From Antedon mediterranea (taxonomy: Eukaryota > Animalia > Echinodermata), in NCBI RefSeq assembly GCF_964355755.1, contig NC_092673.1, positions 18,349,648 through 18,413,647 on the forward strand: a stretch of 64,000 bases of DNA, in the 5' to 3' direction. Position numbers and translations under genes: made by a program. The notes below the pieces were generated by a model, which was not told the origin of the DNA, did not search any database, and saw only the letters and a list, made by a program, of their open reading frames with translations. Positions 63,131-64,000 of the stretch are shown here, in pieces (position 1 is the first letter of the stretch; every line of letters starts with the position of its first letter).

Positions 63131-64000
63131 CTAGATGGTACGCTCGCTTCGCTCGCGTACCATCTAGTTCGTGCCCACAGATGGTTCTCGAATACATAGT
63201 AATTTCAGCGTAAAAAAAATGGCGATTTCAAATGTACGTACGGCAGGACTATAAAACATTGTCGTTTACAGAAACAAATAGACACAGTGATTTATGTAGT
63301 CAACCACAATTAGCACCTAGAAACTTGTCACAAAATGAGTTCAAATTTGTTATTTGGACTCATTTAAACAAACCCAATTTTGTATCTATTAGAGTTTAGG
63401 GTTTTGTATTATATCTAACATTAGAGTTGAGCGGTGGGGATGAGGATAGGTACAAAGAGGAAAAATGTTTTAATATATTCTTTATATTAAATTATTCTTT
63501 ATATTTCTTTATTATCCACTCAGTAACGAAATATTTTTTTATAGGCCCATAAATAATATGCCACTAAATAGAGTAAAACATTTCCGATTTAATGCTTTAT
63601 TAAAACTGTCACTGTCTCATGGTCGATTGAAATACTGTAGTAAAGTACCTTTAAAGACCACTAATACGTTTATATTTTAATTATTAATTAATACAAATGT
63701 TGAGAAACAACTGACAGTATTAAAGTATTATATTATTATGTGTTTATAATCTAAAAGTAGGGGCTACCCACACTCACAGTGATAAAGTTTATTAGTATAT
63801 TTGTTTAATATTATATCTAACAGTACCAACACACTTTTGATTCAAATGGCGATCAAACGTGGTTAATACCTATTTGCAGTATTGTATAGCATTACAATAC
63901 TATTTCTGTTTATTCTCCAAGGGTCTATAAATTGACCTACTTGTGTTAAACCATGGAGGTATGCAAGTATGGTTAAACCAAATAATTTGGAATGTTCCAT
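63131..64000 (-). mobile_element. Second non-autonomous Helitron copy, without the Gypsy insertion, running off the window
   Basis: Colinear with 46242-46420 joined to 53030-53680. Confidence 0.8.

Overview
AT-rich, intron-containing animal DNA, probably an invertebrate deuterostome such as an echinoderm (inferred only from composition, repeat types and domain mix). Bases 327-32.8 kb hold the 3' part of a multi-exon + strand Roco gene that I spliced by hand. Its order is Roc1-COR1-Roc2-COR2, then a two-helix transmembrane exon, then tandem death effector domain (DED)-like repeats. The second Roc-COR is an exon-for-exon duplicate of the first, but it has an altered G4 motif, its P-loop exon is cut by a LINE fragment, and several splice, stop and frameshift lesions lie downstream of COR1. 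The rest of the window is rich in mobile DNA: an intact Gypsy LTR element inside a non-autonomous Helitron, a full-length Rex1/Babar-type LINE, truncated LINEs, Sola3-, hAT-, Kolobok-, Tc1/mariner- and Helentron-like non-autonomous elements, a SINE, Penelope-type hammerhead motifs and four minisatellite arrays. The first exons of an ankyrin-repeat gene appear near 58-63 kb. All coordinates and translations were read by eye and no database searches were run.
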